Shown: positions 38,298-51,335 of the stretch, piece by piece
How positions within the stretch are numbered: position 1 is the stretch's first letter
Layout: every line of letters starts with the position of its first letter
From: Callorhinchus milii
Lineage: Eukaryota
DNA length: 64,000 nucleotides
Reading direction: 5' to 3'
Assembly (NCBI RefSeq): GCF_018977255.1
Contig: NW_024704743.1
Span: 71,240,001-71,304,000 of the forward strand
Program-made: the position numbers and the translations under genes
The notes under the pieces: generated by a model
The model's input: only the letters and a program-made list of their open reading frames with translations
Database searches by the model: none
Told to the model about the DNA's origin: nothing

Positions 38298-39008
38298 ATA
38301 CAATACAATATTACATTTGTAAAGCACCTTTCATGTTGGAAGGACTTCCCAAGGAGCTGAACAATCAGGGATTAGGGAGGGTGGAGGGCAGAGAGTGTGG
38401 CCGAAGGCACGGTCGAAGAGGAGGTTCATGAAGCGTGCCTTGAAGGAGACAACGGAGGGAGTGAACAGGTTGATAAGGATTTAGCAGGTCGGAGAGATTC
38501 GGAGGGGGCAAGGCCATGAAGGGCCTTGAAGGTGAAAATGAGGATTTTGAACTCGATCCTCTGAGGGATGGGGAGCCAGTGGAGCCGGGCGAGGTTGGGT
38601 GGGTGTGATGGGGTCACGGAGCCTGGTGCAGGAAAGAACATGAGCTGCTGAGTTCTGGATGATCTGTAGCTTGTGGAGGGAAGTGTTCGGAAAGCCAACA
38701 AGCAGGGAGTTGGCATAGTTGAGCCTAGATATAATGAAGGCATGTATGTGGGTTTCACTGGCATGAGGGGTGAGGCAGTGGCAGAGTCGGGCAATGTTGT
38801 GGAGGTGGGGGAAGCCAGAGTGGGTCATGGCACGGATGTGGGGGCGGAAAAGGACAGTTGAGGGTCGAACAAGATGCCCAGGTTCCTGACTGGCTTGGTG
38901 AGGTGGAGTGTGCATCTGTGGATTCTAATGCTGCCAGTGCCTGAGGTGTGGGAGGGCCTCGGTCTTGCTGACATTCAACTGTAGAAAGTTAGCTCTCATC
39001 CAGGACTT
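38298..39008 (-). mobile_element. L2 LINE 3' fragment (minus strand)
   Basis: HAFIISRLNYANSLLVGFP..LQIIQNSAA; LARLHWLPIPQRIEFK. Confidence 0.9.
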
Positions 39009-39024
39009 GGATGAGCTTGGATGT

Positions 39025-40703
39025 TCAGGGGACACCTTCCCACTAGTTGAGGCCACACCTCCAGGTTACACCTTTCACCTAACGTGGCGACGGTGTGGCT
39101 CTCATCTCCCGGTCCCCACTCGGCCTTTCCCCTTACTCCTCCGGAACCTTCCCCTCCTTTGAACACCTTACCTTTTACCACCCCTCCAGGCTTTCCCTCA
39201 AAATCCTCCTTGTCCCCCCAAGCCTTCCCCCACCTTCCTCTCGGACATCTCCACCCTCCTATCTTCCCTTTCCCTCTGCTCTGAACACCTCCTTATCTTA
39301 CGTGACTTCAACCTCCACTTCACCCCCTGCTGCGCTTCTTCTGTCTCTGCCAACTTCTATATTATTATTATTATTCTCCTCCCTCTTCTTTTCCCTTAAC
39401 CGGAAACAGCCCGGGTCAAACTCACTAATGACATTCTGAGCATCTGTGATCAGGGCTCCCTCTGCCTCCTTGTCCTCCTCGACCTCTCTGCCGCCTTCGA
39501 CACTGTCGACCACTCCATCCTCATACACCGCCTCTCCGCTTTACTCAATCTTCATGGACCTGCCCTTGCCCGGTTCGATTCCTATCTCTCTCACCATATC
39601 CACTTTGTTACCTCTCACAGTTTCTCCTCCAGCCCCCGGACTGTCACATCTGGCGTCCCCCAGGGCTCTGTCCTTGGCCCTCTCCTCTTTAATATCTACA
39701 TGCTCCCCCTTGGTGACATCATCCGCAGACATGGGGTCAACTTCCACACGTATGCAGATGACACCCAACTCTATCTTTCTGCCTCCACCCTCAACTCCAG
39801 GACCACTGCTGTCCTGACAGACTGCCTGTCGGACATCATGTCCTGGATGAAGGCAAATTTCCTACAGTTGAATGTGAACAAGACTGAGGCCCTTCTGATT
39901 GGTTCGCGCCAGCGCCTCAGCACCTCAGGCTCTGGCAACGTTAACCTCCACGGTTGCACACTACAACTCACCGCCAGTCAGGAACCTCGGTGTCTTGTTC
40001 GACCCTCAAGTGTCTTTTCTTCCCCACATCCAAGCCATGACCCGCTCTGCCTTCCCTCACCTCCGTAATATCGCCAGACTCCACCACTACCTCACCCCTC
40101 AGGCCGCTGAAACTCTTGTTCATGCCTTCATCACCTCCAGGCTCGACTATGCAAACTCACTGCTTGTCAGCCTTCCCAACTCCTCCCTCCACAGGCTGCA
40201 GATAATCCAGAACTCTGCAGCCCGTGTCCTCTCCCGCACCAAACTCCGTGACCCCATCTTCCCCATTCTCGCCCGACTCCATTGGCTCCCGATCCTTCAG
40301 AGGATCCAGTTCAAGATCCTGGTCCTCACATACAAAGCCCTCCATGGCCTCGCCCCACCCTACCTCTGCGACCTCCTAACCCCCTACCAACCCGCCCATT
40401 CCCTCCGCTCAGCCGGCTCCGGCCTGCTCCACATCCCCTGACTCACCCGCCCCAGCACTGGCGGCAGAACGTTCGGCCACTCTGCCCCCAACCTCTGGAA
40501 TTCCATCCCCCAGTCACTCCGCCTCGCCCCCTCCTTAGTCTCCTTCAAGTTCCGCCTCAAGACCCTCCTCTTCGACCATGCTATCTCCTTCCCCTCCCTT
40601 CTCCCCCCCTAGCTCGGGTCTGAAATAACTGTATGCTGTCCAGCGCCTTGGGACGTCCTCCCGAGTGAAAGGCGCTCTATAAATGAAATCTTGTTGTTGT
40701 TGT
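39025..40703 (+). mobile_element. L2 LINE, internally deleted: endonuclease piece plus RT C-half and 3' end
   Basis: TPPGYTFH..GVALISR..SFEHL (APE endonuclease); LLDLSAAFDTVDH, GVPQGSVLGPLLF, FHTYADDTQLY, RNLGVLFD, LHWLP; frameshifts; (TTG)n tail. Confidence 0.93.
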
Positions 40704-42249
40704 TTCGCCCTCTGCCTGGGAATCAAACTCAGGTTCTCTCGCTTGCAAGGCGAGTGCTCTAACCACTAAGCTGCAAGACTAATTGGGGGATTGTTGACCT
40801 GTAGTGCTATGGGCTCACCTCAACAGGCAAACAGAACCTCGGTTTAACATCTCATCTGAAACATGGCACCTGCGACAATGCATTATTCCCTAACACTATA
40901 TTGGAGTGTCAGCCTAGTCTATGTAAGTTCATGTCCTGACTTGAGGTTTCAACCCACAACATTCTGACTCAGCAAAGGTTTATCAACTCAGCCAGACTGA
41001 CACCTTATACAGTAAACTTCATGTAAAGGAATGTCTCCAAGCACTTGGCACATAGACTGGGGGACAACAACCAACAAGAGGTTTATATAAATGTGATGAA
41101 AGGAACAGCTGTAGAGATAGGCAGCAAAGCAAAGTGTTCTGGAATAGTTCCAAAGGGCAGAGACGTAGTGCTTAAAGAATCGTCATGGGTAATAAACCAG
41201 ATCAATAAATAAATATTGAAATGTATAAGTGGAGTAGACCGAATAAAAAAAACACACTGGTTTTAGGATTCACTGAATTTCTGACATGACTTAATTTCAT
41301 AATTAAAAGGTGAATTGTTACAGATTTCAAATTAAGCATCCGAAAATCAAGCAGATCCAGAAGCTGCTGATAACAATGAGTGGTGAAACAAAAAGAAGAT
41401 CTTTTCCAGGGTTGTTTTCTGGTTTAATTGATAAATTTGTTTTATTCAAAGCCATGAGAGTATTTGAACACATTTCCTTTTCTGTCAATGGTATAAAATA
41501 TTACTTGCATAACCAAAGAGATCTTTCATTTACCTTCTGTAAGATACATGCCTGCCACTGTTCACAATTGCCTGGCAATATTTTCTAAATATTTACGTTG
41601 CATGCAATATTAAGTCAACCACATTCTTAAGGAATGGAACTTCAAATGCTTTACAAATATGCAAAACCTCAAACAATTGACCCTTTGATTATTAAAAGTC
41701 AGAACCAGTCATAAAATGAAATGTTCTCATTTCTATGTAATGCACATTACAGTTTGATATTTATAGCCGGTACAATACAGTTTATCTCTGTGGGTTTTCT
41801 TAGTCAGGTACTTTACTGTTTACTAATCTAAACAGCTTCTGAATCTGTAATAGCAAAGAGATTGTCAAGGGAACCAGAATAATACCAAACTATAAAGGGA
41901 TGTTAATCCTCACTGTGCACAAGTCAATACTTCTGTGTAGGGGAGTAATTAGTAACTGCACAACTTAATGAGAACAAACAAATGAAGACATGGGACCATT
42001 TCTGTCTTATAGGACTTCTCAAAACAGATATTTCTAGTGCAAGGTGTATATTTTTGGTATATTGAGCTAATAAAAATATGTATTTTTTGAAGATCAAAAT
42101 ATTTTTTCCACTGAAGACCTATTTTTACCGGATCATGAGTTTACATTTATTTTTCTGCATATGCAAAAATATTTATTTTATAAAGGTTTTCACAATCAAT
42201 ATGCTTTATTTTATTCTCTGGTCTATAATGACACTCTGTTATAGAACTA

Positions 42250-42580
42250 TCCAATGGTGGTCGGGCCTTCAGCCTCTCAGCCCCGAGGCTCTGGAACTCT
42301 ATCCCCCAGTGCCTTCGCCGCTTCCTCCCTTTCCTCCTTCAAGGCCGGTCTCAAAACCTTTCTCTTTGACCGAGCCTTCAGCTCCCCTCTCGACTCTCTT
42401 CCCCCTTCTCGCTCCCTCCCCTCCCTCCCCTCACCCTGACCATTTCCCCCCTCCTCGCTCCCTCCCCTCACCCTGACCATTTCCCCCCTGCTCGGGTCAT
42501 GACCCAACTGTGCAGCGCCTTGGGACGTCCTCCTGACGTGAAAGGCGCTTTATAAATGGAATCTTGTTGTTGTTGTTGTT
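42250..42580 (+). mobile_element. L2 LINE 3' end
   Basis: SFKAGLKTFLFDRAF; conserved terminus and (TTG)n. Confidence 0.85.
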
Positions 42581-42684
42581 AATTAGACTTATTCTAGTTT
42601 CAGTGGCAGATATAGGTAAATAGAATAATATAATGGAAACAGGGCATTTGGCTCAACTAGTCCATGCCATTCTTTATACTGGAA

Positions 42685-43410
42685 AATAAAAACCTAAATG
42701 GGGTAGAGGAGCAAAGGGACCTAGGGGTACACATACACAATCCACTAAAAGTAGCAACCCAGGTTAATAAGGCAATAAAAAAGCAAACCAGGCAGTGGGG
42801 TTCATTTCAAGAGGAATAGAAATGAAAAGCAGGGAAGTTATGGTAAACTTCTATTGAACCTTGGTTAGACCAAGTAGAATACTGTGTGCAGTTCTGGTCT
42901 CCACATTATAGAAGGGATGTAGAGGCACTGGAGAGGGTGCAAAGGAGATTCACAAGGATAGAGGTTATACCTATCAGGAAAGGCTGAACATGCTTGGATG
43001 CTTTTCTCTTGAAAAGAGGAGGGCAAGAGGTGACCCGATAGAGGTCTTTAAAATTATGAAAGGTTTATGGCCTTTGGGAAGATGTTTCCACTTGTGGGGG
43101 AGACCAAAACCAGGGGCCATCAATATAAAATAGTCATAAATAGATCAATAGGGAAGTTAGAAAAAAATTCTTTACACAGAGTAGTGGGAATGCGGAACAT
43201 GCCACCACAAGGAGTTGTTGAGGCAAATAGCATAGATGTATTTAAGGGAAAGCTGGAATAGGTACATGAGAGAGAAAGGAATAGAAGGTTATGCTTGAAG
43301 GCTTAGTTGAGGAAGGGCAGGAGGAGGCTCATGTGGAGCATAAACACCGGCATAGACCAATTGGGCCAAATGGCCTGTTTCTGTGCTGTATATTCTAATG
43401 TATTCTAATG
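42685..43410 (+). mobile_element. CR1 LINE 3' fragment
   Basis: EQRDLGVHIH..LK..QVNKAIKK; EYCVQFWSPHYRRDVEALERVQRRFTR; TRGHQYK; 3' end GGGCCAAATGGCCTGTTTCTGTGCTGTA(TATTCTAATG)2. Confidence 0.88.
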
Positions 43411-44074
43411 TATACTCCACTGCAGCCCCCACCCATCCTAGTCCCCTCACCTAAACCCCTCTATTCTCTTCTCTTTCAAGTACGTACAGATATTGTTTTT
43501 TCTTAAATACATCAATGCTATTTGCTTCCACTACATCTTTGGGCTATGTATTCTCACCATTCTATGCATGCACAAGTTTCTCCTGAAGTCCCGATTTGAT
43601 CTACTACTAGCTACGTAGGACCTAGGTCTTTAAGCAGAATAAAGGCCTGTACTATGTCTTCAGAATAAACAGCCCACTTTGTATTAGCATAGTTCTTTTT
43701 ATGTTTTCTCACAGGTTGTCCTTATAACCTCTCCAAGGAAGACCGTCAATTAACTCCTACGCTGATCCTTTCATGCATAGACATTGTCTTATCCTCAGAA
43801 ACTACATCTGTGAAGACATGCAAACCCTCGTACTGTCTCAACAACCCACTAACTGTTCACTTAAGGGAAAAAAAGTGATGCCTGAAAAGTGATCTCACAG
43901 GAGTTTGGACAGTTACTTTCTTTAGTTTCAGTCCAGCTGCCAACAATGAGAAGCTTCATGAAACTGGAAACACTAATCCTAGTGGTAACCCAGGCAAACA
44001 ATGTAAATCTATTCTAGTGGTAAACCCAGATTCAGATCCAGAGCTCAGCACTGAAAGCTGAAATTCAAACATAC

Positions 44075-44197
44075 CTTGTTGTCAGTCCGGATGGTAACTT
44101 TAAGCTGTGGGAGAACTCGTTCCACCTCCAGGTTCCACTCTCCAACATCAGTTTTGGATTCTAAAATGTCTTCTGGCTTTGAAGACTCCAATCCATC
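44075..44197 (-). CDS. IFT57: IFT57 exon 6 (123 nt)
   Basis: DGLESSKPEDILESKTDVGEWNLEVERVLPQLKVTIRTDNK; atatag| ... |GTATGT. Confidence 0.97.
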
Positions 44198-44744
44198 CTA
44201 TATAAACATTCAAATACAGTATATTGAGACAAATGTTGACTTTCTCAGCAGTAAACAATAAGCATACAGGCCAAATATCTAGTTCTCTGCCAGAGCATAT
44301 TTTAGGAAATATTCTAACTGATCTTTACTCCCTCCTGGGGGAGGGGACGGAGAGAGAAATCTTCCGCTGTTCATCATTCAATGAATCCCTATAACAAAAA
44401 TTCAAAAATTCACACTACAATGTGCAAACCTATTTTTCATCTGATGAATGTTTTTACATACATTTACACAGAATGATAAGGAATGAAAACAGGCCATTCG
44501 GCCCAGATAATCTGTGCCTGTGTTTATAATCCACAACAAGCCGCCACCTCTCCTATTAGCCATTCCTATATCGCTGTATTCCCTTCTCCCTTGTGTATTG
44601 TCATTTCCTCTTAAATACATTGATGCCTTTCACTTCAACCAAAGCTGCCGTCAGTGAATGCTGCATTCTCACCACCATTTGGGTAAATAGGTTCCTCCTA
44701 AATTCACTTTTAGATCTGCTATTACCCATCTTATAGTTACGTTC

Positions 44745-45140
44745 CCTCATTTCGACTTCAAGATCCTCACTCTCGTGTTCAAATCCATTCACTCTCGGGT
44801 ACCTCACTATCTCTCTAACCTCCTCACTCCTCAATCCACCACCCGGGACCTCCGCACGACTGGCACCGGCATCCTGCTCGTCTCTCGCACCCTCTGCTCC
44901 ACCATCGGAGGTCGTGCTTTCAGCCACTGCGCCCCAAAACTCTGGAATACTCCCTCAATCCCTCCGTCTTGCCCCCTCACTCCCCTCTTTCAAGTCCCGC
45001 CTAAACTTTCCAATGTGACCGTGCTTACGGCCAGGCCACCTCCCCCCTCCCCTCGGCTCGGAGTCAGGCTCTGCCACTGTTAAGCACTCTGAGATGCTAA
45101 CCTACGTGGAGAGCCCTATATAAGTGCAAGTTGCTGGTGT
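44745..45140 (+). mobile_element. L2 LINE 3' fragment (older subfamily)
   Basis: FKSIH..PHYLSNLL..TIGGRAFSHCAPKLWN. Confidence 0.8.
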
Positions 45141-45254
45141 TGTAGATGTGTAACCTATCCGGAAAGAGAACTCAAGGATATCACAGAGAAAAGTTGCGAC
45201 ACAATTCATATCACTACCAACATGGTTCCCAAACAACTGTACAAACTAAGGGGG

Positions 45255-46560
45255 GAAGTCACAGAAACGCTGGCACAAATCTTTCAAAAATCACTGGAGA
45301 GGTGACGGGGGACTGGAGAAAGGCAGATGTTACTCCTATTTTTAAGAAAGGTAACAAGAGTAATCCAGGAAATTGCAGACCAGTAAGTTTGATGTCCATT
45401 GTGGGTAAAATTATGGAGACTCTTATGAAGAATAAAATCATGGAGCATCTGGACAGAAATAAAATCATAAATGATAGCCAATATGAGTTCATGAAGGGGA
45501 GGTTTTGCCAATCTAATTTACTGGTTTTCTTTGATGGTGTGACAAGGGAGCTTAGTAAGGATAAGGCTGTGGATGTTATATATCTGGATTTCAGTAAGGT
45601 CTTTGATACAGTTCCTATTAAGAGGCTGGTACTGAAAGTAAAGAAAGCGGGAATCAGTGGAGGTATATTACAATGGATATGCAATTGGTTGATCCGAAGA
45701 ACCCAGAGACAGGGAATGTCATCAGCCTGGGACAAAGTTACCAGTGAAGTTCCACAAGGGTGTGTTTTGGCACCTCTTTTGTTTAATATTTTTATAAATG
45801 ATCTGAAACTAGGAGTCGCAAGCACAGTGGCTAACTTTGCAGATGACACCAAGCTAATGAAGGTGGTAGATTATGAAGTTGAACAAGATAGGTCACAGGA
45901 GGATTTGAGCATACTTGAGAATTGGGCAGATCGGTTGCAGATGAAATTCAATGTGGAGAAATGTAAAATACTTCACATGCGGACAAAAAATCCTGTAAGG
46001 GACTATTATTTGAATGGAAGGAAAATAATATTTATGGAAAATGAAAAGGACCTAGGGGTCCTGATTGACAATAAATTGAAGCTCTCCCAACAATGCTCTG
46101 TTGCAGAGCGTAAAGCAAACCAATATTGGGATGTATCAAAAGATCAATAGCAACTCAAAACAGTGGGGTAATCCTGCCACTGTACAAATCATTGGTGAGA
46201 CCATACTTTTAGAATACTGTGTACAGTTCTAGTCGCCGCAGTACAAAAAGGATATTGGAGAAATTGAGAAAATACAGAGGAGGGCAACCAAAATGATTGA
46301 GGGAATGGAGGGACTGGACTATGAGGAGGGACTAAGTGAACTGGGCATGTTCATGCTGGAAAAGAGAAGATTGAAACAGTTGAAGCAGGAAGAGTTGATT
46401 CTTTCAAACAAAGATTAGATAGTTTGCTTATAGTAAAGAACATTGTGGGATATAGTACATAGGTAGTTCGGGACATACGTGCATGCGATCGCCAGGAAGG
46501 TGGAAGGTGAACTAAATGGACCTTGGTCTTTTTTCGTCTAGCATTTCTTATGTTCTTATT
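45255..46560 (+). mobile_element. CR1 LINE fragment with an almost uninterrupted reverse-transcriptase domain
   Basis: ORF 45146-46150: DWRKADVTPIFKKG..NCRPVSL, VDVIYLDFSKVFD, VPQGCVLAPLLFNIFIND, FADDTKL, FNVEKCKILH, EKDLGVLID; frameshifts after ~46130. Confidence 0.93.
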
Positions 46561-47481
46561 TGGCCTCATCAACAACTGGAAACAGTCTATTAAAATGCAC
46601 GTTATCAAATCCTTTCATAATTTTAAACATCTCGATCAGGTCCTCTCTCAATCAACTCATCTCCAGAAAAAAAGCTCTAAGCTAATCTTTGTTGATAGTT
46701 GTATCCATTTCACCCCAGGAAATATTCATATATTGAAGCTATATCATGCCACCCCAATCTATCTTTCATTAATAACTAACACAATAAATAATACAACAAA
46801 TTGCAATTATATCACGCCTTTCACGTCGGGATGATGTCCCAAAGTGCTGAACAGCCAAGCATTTGCATCCGAGCTGAGGGTTGGAATCAAAAGGAGTAGA
46901 AGGCAAGTGGATAGGAGGATGACCTAAGACCTGGTCAAAGAGGAAGGTTTTAAGAAGGGCCTTGAAGGAGGCAACGGAGGGTCAAGGCAAAGGTATTCCA
47001 GAATAGAGTTCCAGAGGGTGGGGATCACCGAAAGTGCCGACCGAGCAGATGGAGTAAGCAGTTTAGTAGGGTTTTAGCAGGTTGTAGAGGTAGGGAGGGG
47101 CAAGACCACGGAGGTGAGCCCGAGGATCTTAAACTCAATCCTCAGGGAGGATGGGGAGCCAGTGGAGATGGCGAGGATGGGATAATAGGATAATCCTTGC
47201 ATTTGATATTGTGCCGTTCATGCTGGGAGGATGTCTCAAATTGCTTCACATTATTCACTATAAAGTGTAGTGACTGTGTATTTTGTAGGGAAATTCAGCA
47301 GCCATTTTTTGCACAGCTATGTCCCACAAACATCCATGAAGTGAGTGACCAATTTTATTTGTGGGGTTGTTAGCCAGGGCACCGGGAGAAACTCCTCTTT
47401 TTGAATAGTGAACATCCATCTAAACAGGCAGATGGGACCTCAGAATTTTCCTATGCGCTTAAGATGTGGGAAATGACTCAC

Positions 47482-47556
47482 CATTTTCTGTCCCTGGGCT
47501 TTCAAAACCTCTAGATCAAGAAAGGGCTCGCCCTCCTCACAGTCCTCAGCTTCTTC
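47482..47556 (-). CDS. IFT57: IFT57 exon 5 (75 nt)
   Basis: EEAEDCEEGEPFLDLEVLKAQGQKM; cttcag| ... |GTGAGT. Confidence 0.93.
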
Positions 47557-47704
47557 CTGAAGACAGTTTTAGACAAATAGTTAACAATAAATCTCATTTA
47601 CAAATAGTTTTGTTTCATGATTGTAAAGAAAAGGAGGCAATAAGGAAATTACATTTATCTTGGTTTTTTTTGGCAATTTGCATTTGCTCAGATTACCATC
47701 AACG

Positions 47705-47868
47705 CTTGATACACTAGTATGATTGCAAAGTTAGGTAGTATCTGGAAAGAAATATTTTAACATACAAGAAAGAACTTCAATATACTTGATACACTAGTAT
47801 GATTGTAAAGTTAGGTAATATTTGGAAAGAAATATATTAACATACAAGAAAGAATTTCAATATACTTG
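47705..47868. repeat. Tandem duplication, 2 x 80 bp
   Basis: CTTGATACACTAGTATGATTG..CATACAAGAAAGAA.TTCAATATA repeated at 47705 and 47785 with a few mismatches. Confidence 0.93.
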
Positions 47869-48218
47869 TTTGCCATAAAATCCATAAACTCTATAAATAC
47901 AACTTATCTCATTCGTAACGCTTACACAGATTGTTAAAACTCTTAAATAATATTATTCCACACTTGCCAGCACCAAGGTTGATTTAATAGATACAATACA
48001 AAATTACATTTGTATTGTGCCCTTCACGTCGGGAGGACGTCTCAAGATGCTGGACTCACAGTCATGCCCAACCTTACTTCTGCGATCTGAAACCCTACCA
48101 ACCCACCCGCTCCCTCAGCTAGGCGGGTATGGGCCTGCTTCATATCCCCTGCACTACCTGCTCCATCGGCAATCAGGCTTTCAGCCTATCTGCCTCCATT
48201 CTCTGGAATTACAATAAA

Positions 48219-48577
48219 CAATAATAATCCTTGCATTTGATATAGGTCTTATCATGTCTTCGAGATGTCTCAAAGCGCTTCACAGAATGTGCAGTAAAGT
48301 GAATTAACTGTATATTTTGTGGGCAAAATGCGAGGGCGGCCAATTACGCACAGCAGTGACCCCCAAACAGTCATGGATCGAAGTGACCAATTTTTTTTAA
48401 GGAATTATTACCCCTGGAAAAGTGATCTGCCAATCGACTAACAACCGGGTTCCTACTTACTGCTAGGTAAACAGAGGCGTATGGAGTAAGGAAACTTGCT
48501 CAACATTTCACCCTACCTGGAATCGAACCCAGGTCTCTCGCTTGCAAGGCGAGCGCTCTAACCACTGCAGGACTCCA
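48219..48577 (-). mobile_element. tRNA-headed SINE (long subfamily), apparently inserted inside an L2 fragment
   Basis: Head GGAGTCCTGCAGTGGTTAGAGCGCTCGCCTTGCAAG..GGTTCGATTCC; L2 3' sequence on both sides (48075-48210, 48580-48790). Confidence 0.85.
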
Positions 48578-48994
48578 CAATCAATCCCAGAGTCTCTTCC
48601 CCTCACTCCTTTCCTTCTTCGGGGTCCATCTCAAAACCTTCCCCTTTAACCGCACATTCAGTCATCTTCTTACCTCACCTTGGACCACACCCCTACTAAA
48701 TCCAACCCCCAGCTCGGGTGAAAACCCTTTATTGTCCAGCGGCTTCTGATATGAAAGCCGTTATATAAATGTGATTTGTTATTGTTGTCTGCATTTTACT
48801 TTGCGCTTTAGACAATTTTCTCTTTTTCTTTCTTCAGTTTCAGAATTTATGTTTTCATCACTTTTCAGGTCTTTGAGTAAAATAATACTTCTTATAATGC
48901 TTTGTTAGTAGAAAACATTGGGTGGTAATCTTTTGGAAAAGCAGAGTTAAATAAAGATGACGAGAAAGTGTAGAAATCATTCATTTGGACTTAC

Positions 48995-49085
48995 AACAAG
49001 TTCATCCTCCAGCTTGTTCAAAGTCAATTCAGAATCATCCTCCATTATTGCTTCCTCTTCCATCTCCTCTGCTGGATACACAGGT
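48995..49085 (-). CDS. IFT57: IFT57 exon 4 (91 nt)
   Basis: PVYPAEEMEEEAIMEDDSELTLNKLEDELV; ttatag| ... |GTAAGT. Confidence 0.96.
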
Positions 49086-50357
49086 CTATAAAACACAGCT
49101 GCAAATTAAATACAGAACTCCATTCTCAAATATCCCAAACACGCACTTTACTCCAATTTCCATGCAATATTTATTTTATGATGGAAACATCTGGACCATC
49201 AAACTTGTACTTTCCACAGGCCACACAAAATTCACCTTACTTCCACCCCCTCACTGTTTCAGTAGTAACATTGGAATCATGTCCTACCAATTTAACAGAA
49301 CAAATTTTAATGCAGATATTTTGGCATAGGAAGCCCGTTTGGTCTATTGGATCTGTGCTGTACTCACTACATCGAAAATATCTATTCTGGGCCAATTTCC
49401 AATACTCTTTTATATTGTTAACCTTCACGTGTTTATCTGACTTCACCTTAAATCTCATAATTGACTGCTTCAATAACCACTCAAGGTAATGAAATCATAT
49501 CCTAATAGCACTAGGTGTAAAGAAAAATTCTTACAGTTTCTAGTAATAATCTCAAGTTTATGGTCTTTTGTTGCTAATTCATGTATTAATAGAAATTATT
49601 TCCATTCTTTACGCTTTTTATTTCTGAAATGCTGTACACTGTCCAGCGCCTTGGGACGTCCTCCCAATTAGAAAGGTGCTATACAAATGTAATCTTCTTG
49701 TTGTTGTTTCAAAAGTTTTGAAACTTCTATTAGATCACTTTAAAACAGAATAATGCTGGACACTATACATTACAATTTATATATATATGGCACTTTTTGT
49801 GTTGGGAGGAAGTCTAATAGTGCTTAATATTACATACCAAAGGAAATATTTCTCCAAATCACAAATGACTGCAGTTCAGGGGGGCAATAGTGCAACGAAT
49901 GGGACCATTTTACCCATTCAAAATTTTTAAAATAAAAACTATTGATCTTATTAACTGTTTGTGACCATTCTTCCTCAACACTACAGAGTTTTAAAAAATA
50001 TTTGAAAACCTGAAAATTAGCTGATCTAATAGAGAGTTTAAGAAAAAATGTCTTTCCACCGAGGGTGATGAAAATGTAAAACTCAAAGGCAGATACTGTG
50101 GTTAAAGCAAAAAGCATCAAAGTATTTAAGAGGAATATTGATGCATATATGAGGGAGAAGGGAATGTAGACCTGGGTATTATGAGGGGTGAAGGCTTATG
50201 TGGAGTACAAACACAACATAGTTTCTGTGCTGTAAACTTCTATGTAATTCTATTAATTTATACCGTGGTATAAAATGCCAATTCAAATCACCAAATGCGA
50301 CAGCAATGTGGCATTATTCTATGCTGTTCCAGAAAGATCTCTGCCACTTTGTCTTAC

Positions 50358-50476
50358 CTCTTCCAACTAAAACCAGTACGTTTCAGGGCCTCTTCAGCTA
50401 AGCGATCCAGGACATAGCAGACCTGTTCCCCATAACCTTGTTTCAGTTTCGAGGGAGGGAAATCTACTGAGCCACC
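50358..50476 (-). CDS. IFT57: IFT57 exon 3 (119 nt)
   Basis: GGSVDFPPSKLKQGYGEQVCYVLDRLAEEALKRTGFSWK(R); ttttag| ... |GTAAGA. Confidence 0.97.
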
Positions 50477-50536
50477 CTAAAATAATGGATTGAAAATCAA
50501 TGAAGCACAAAGATTTCAAATCTATTAGACAATTAG

Positions 50537-50579
50537 AAATTAACACCCGGATTGTATTAGACAATCCGGGTGTTAATTT
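50537..50579. repeat. Perfect 19-bp inverted repeat with a 5-nt loop
   Basis: AAATTAACACCCGGATTGT-attag-ACAATCCGGGTGTTAATTT. Confidence 0.97.
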
Positions 50580-50857
50580 AAATTATAAATACTGCGATTT
50601 CATAACAAATACAGATAACAATAATCCTTATATTTGATGTAGAGCCTTATCACATCTTCAAGATAACTCAACGCGCTTCACAGAATTTACTGTAAAGCGT
50701 AGTGACAGTATTTTGGGGGGGGCAAAATGATTGCTTTTAAGCACTAAATTAGCTCTACTAATAATTTGGTATGATAGTAATAACAAAATTTAGAATGATA
50801 TTAATAATAAAATAAATGTGGTTATTTTACCAGTTTTACAGTCATGTTTGAGATTAT

Positions 50858-51335
50858 ACAACAACAACTTGCACTTTTGCGTCCTCCACGCAGGTTAGCG
50901 TCTTGGAGCATTTAACAGTGGTGGGGCCTGACTCCGAGTCGGGGGGAGGTGGCCGTAAGCACTATTAAAGAGGAAGGTTTTCAGGCGGGACTTGTAAAAA
51001 GGGAGAGATAGGGCAAGGTGGAGGGATTGAGGGAGAATGTTCCAGAGTTTCGGGGCATAGTGGTCGTCTGAAAGCACGACCTCTGATGGTGGGGTAGGGG
51101 AGACCAGCGAGAAGTGCGTTTGATAATCCAAGCGGGAGGTGGCAAATGTATGCACCAGGGTTTCGGCTGCATTTGGGGTAAGGTACGGTCGAGGCGGGCA
51201 ATGTAGCGGAGGTGGAAGAAGGTGGTCTGGTTCGGTGAGTCTGAGGGAGAGCCCAGAGAGGTTGAGAAGTTTAGATCCACAGGAGTGAAGACGTTAACGA
51301 GAGCCAAGGAGTATGGCTTCCGTCTTATCCACAAC
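50858..51335 (-). mobile_element. L2 LINE fragment
   Basis: FFHLRYIARL, HTFATSRLDY, APKLWNILPQSL..KSRLKTFLF. Confidence 0.82.
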
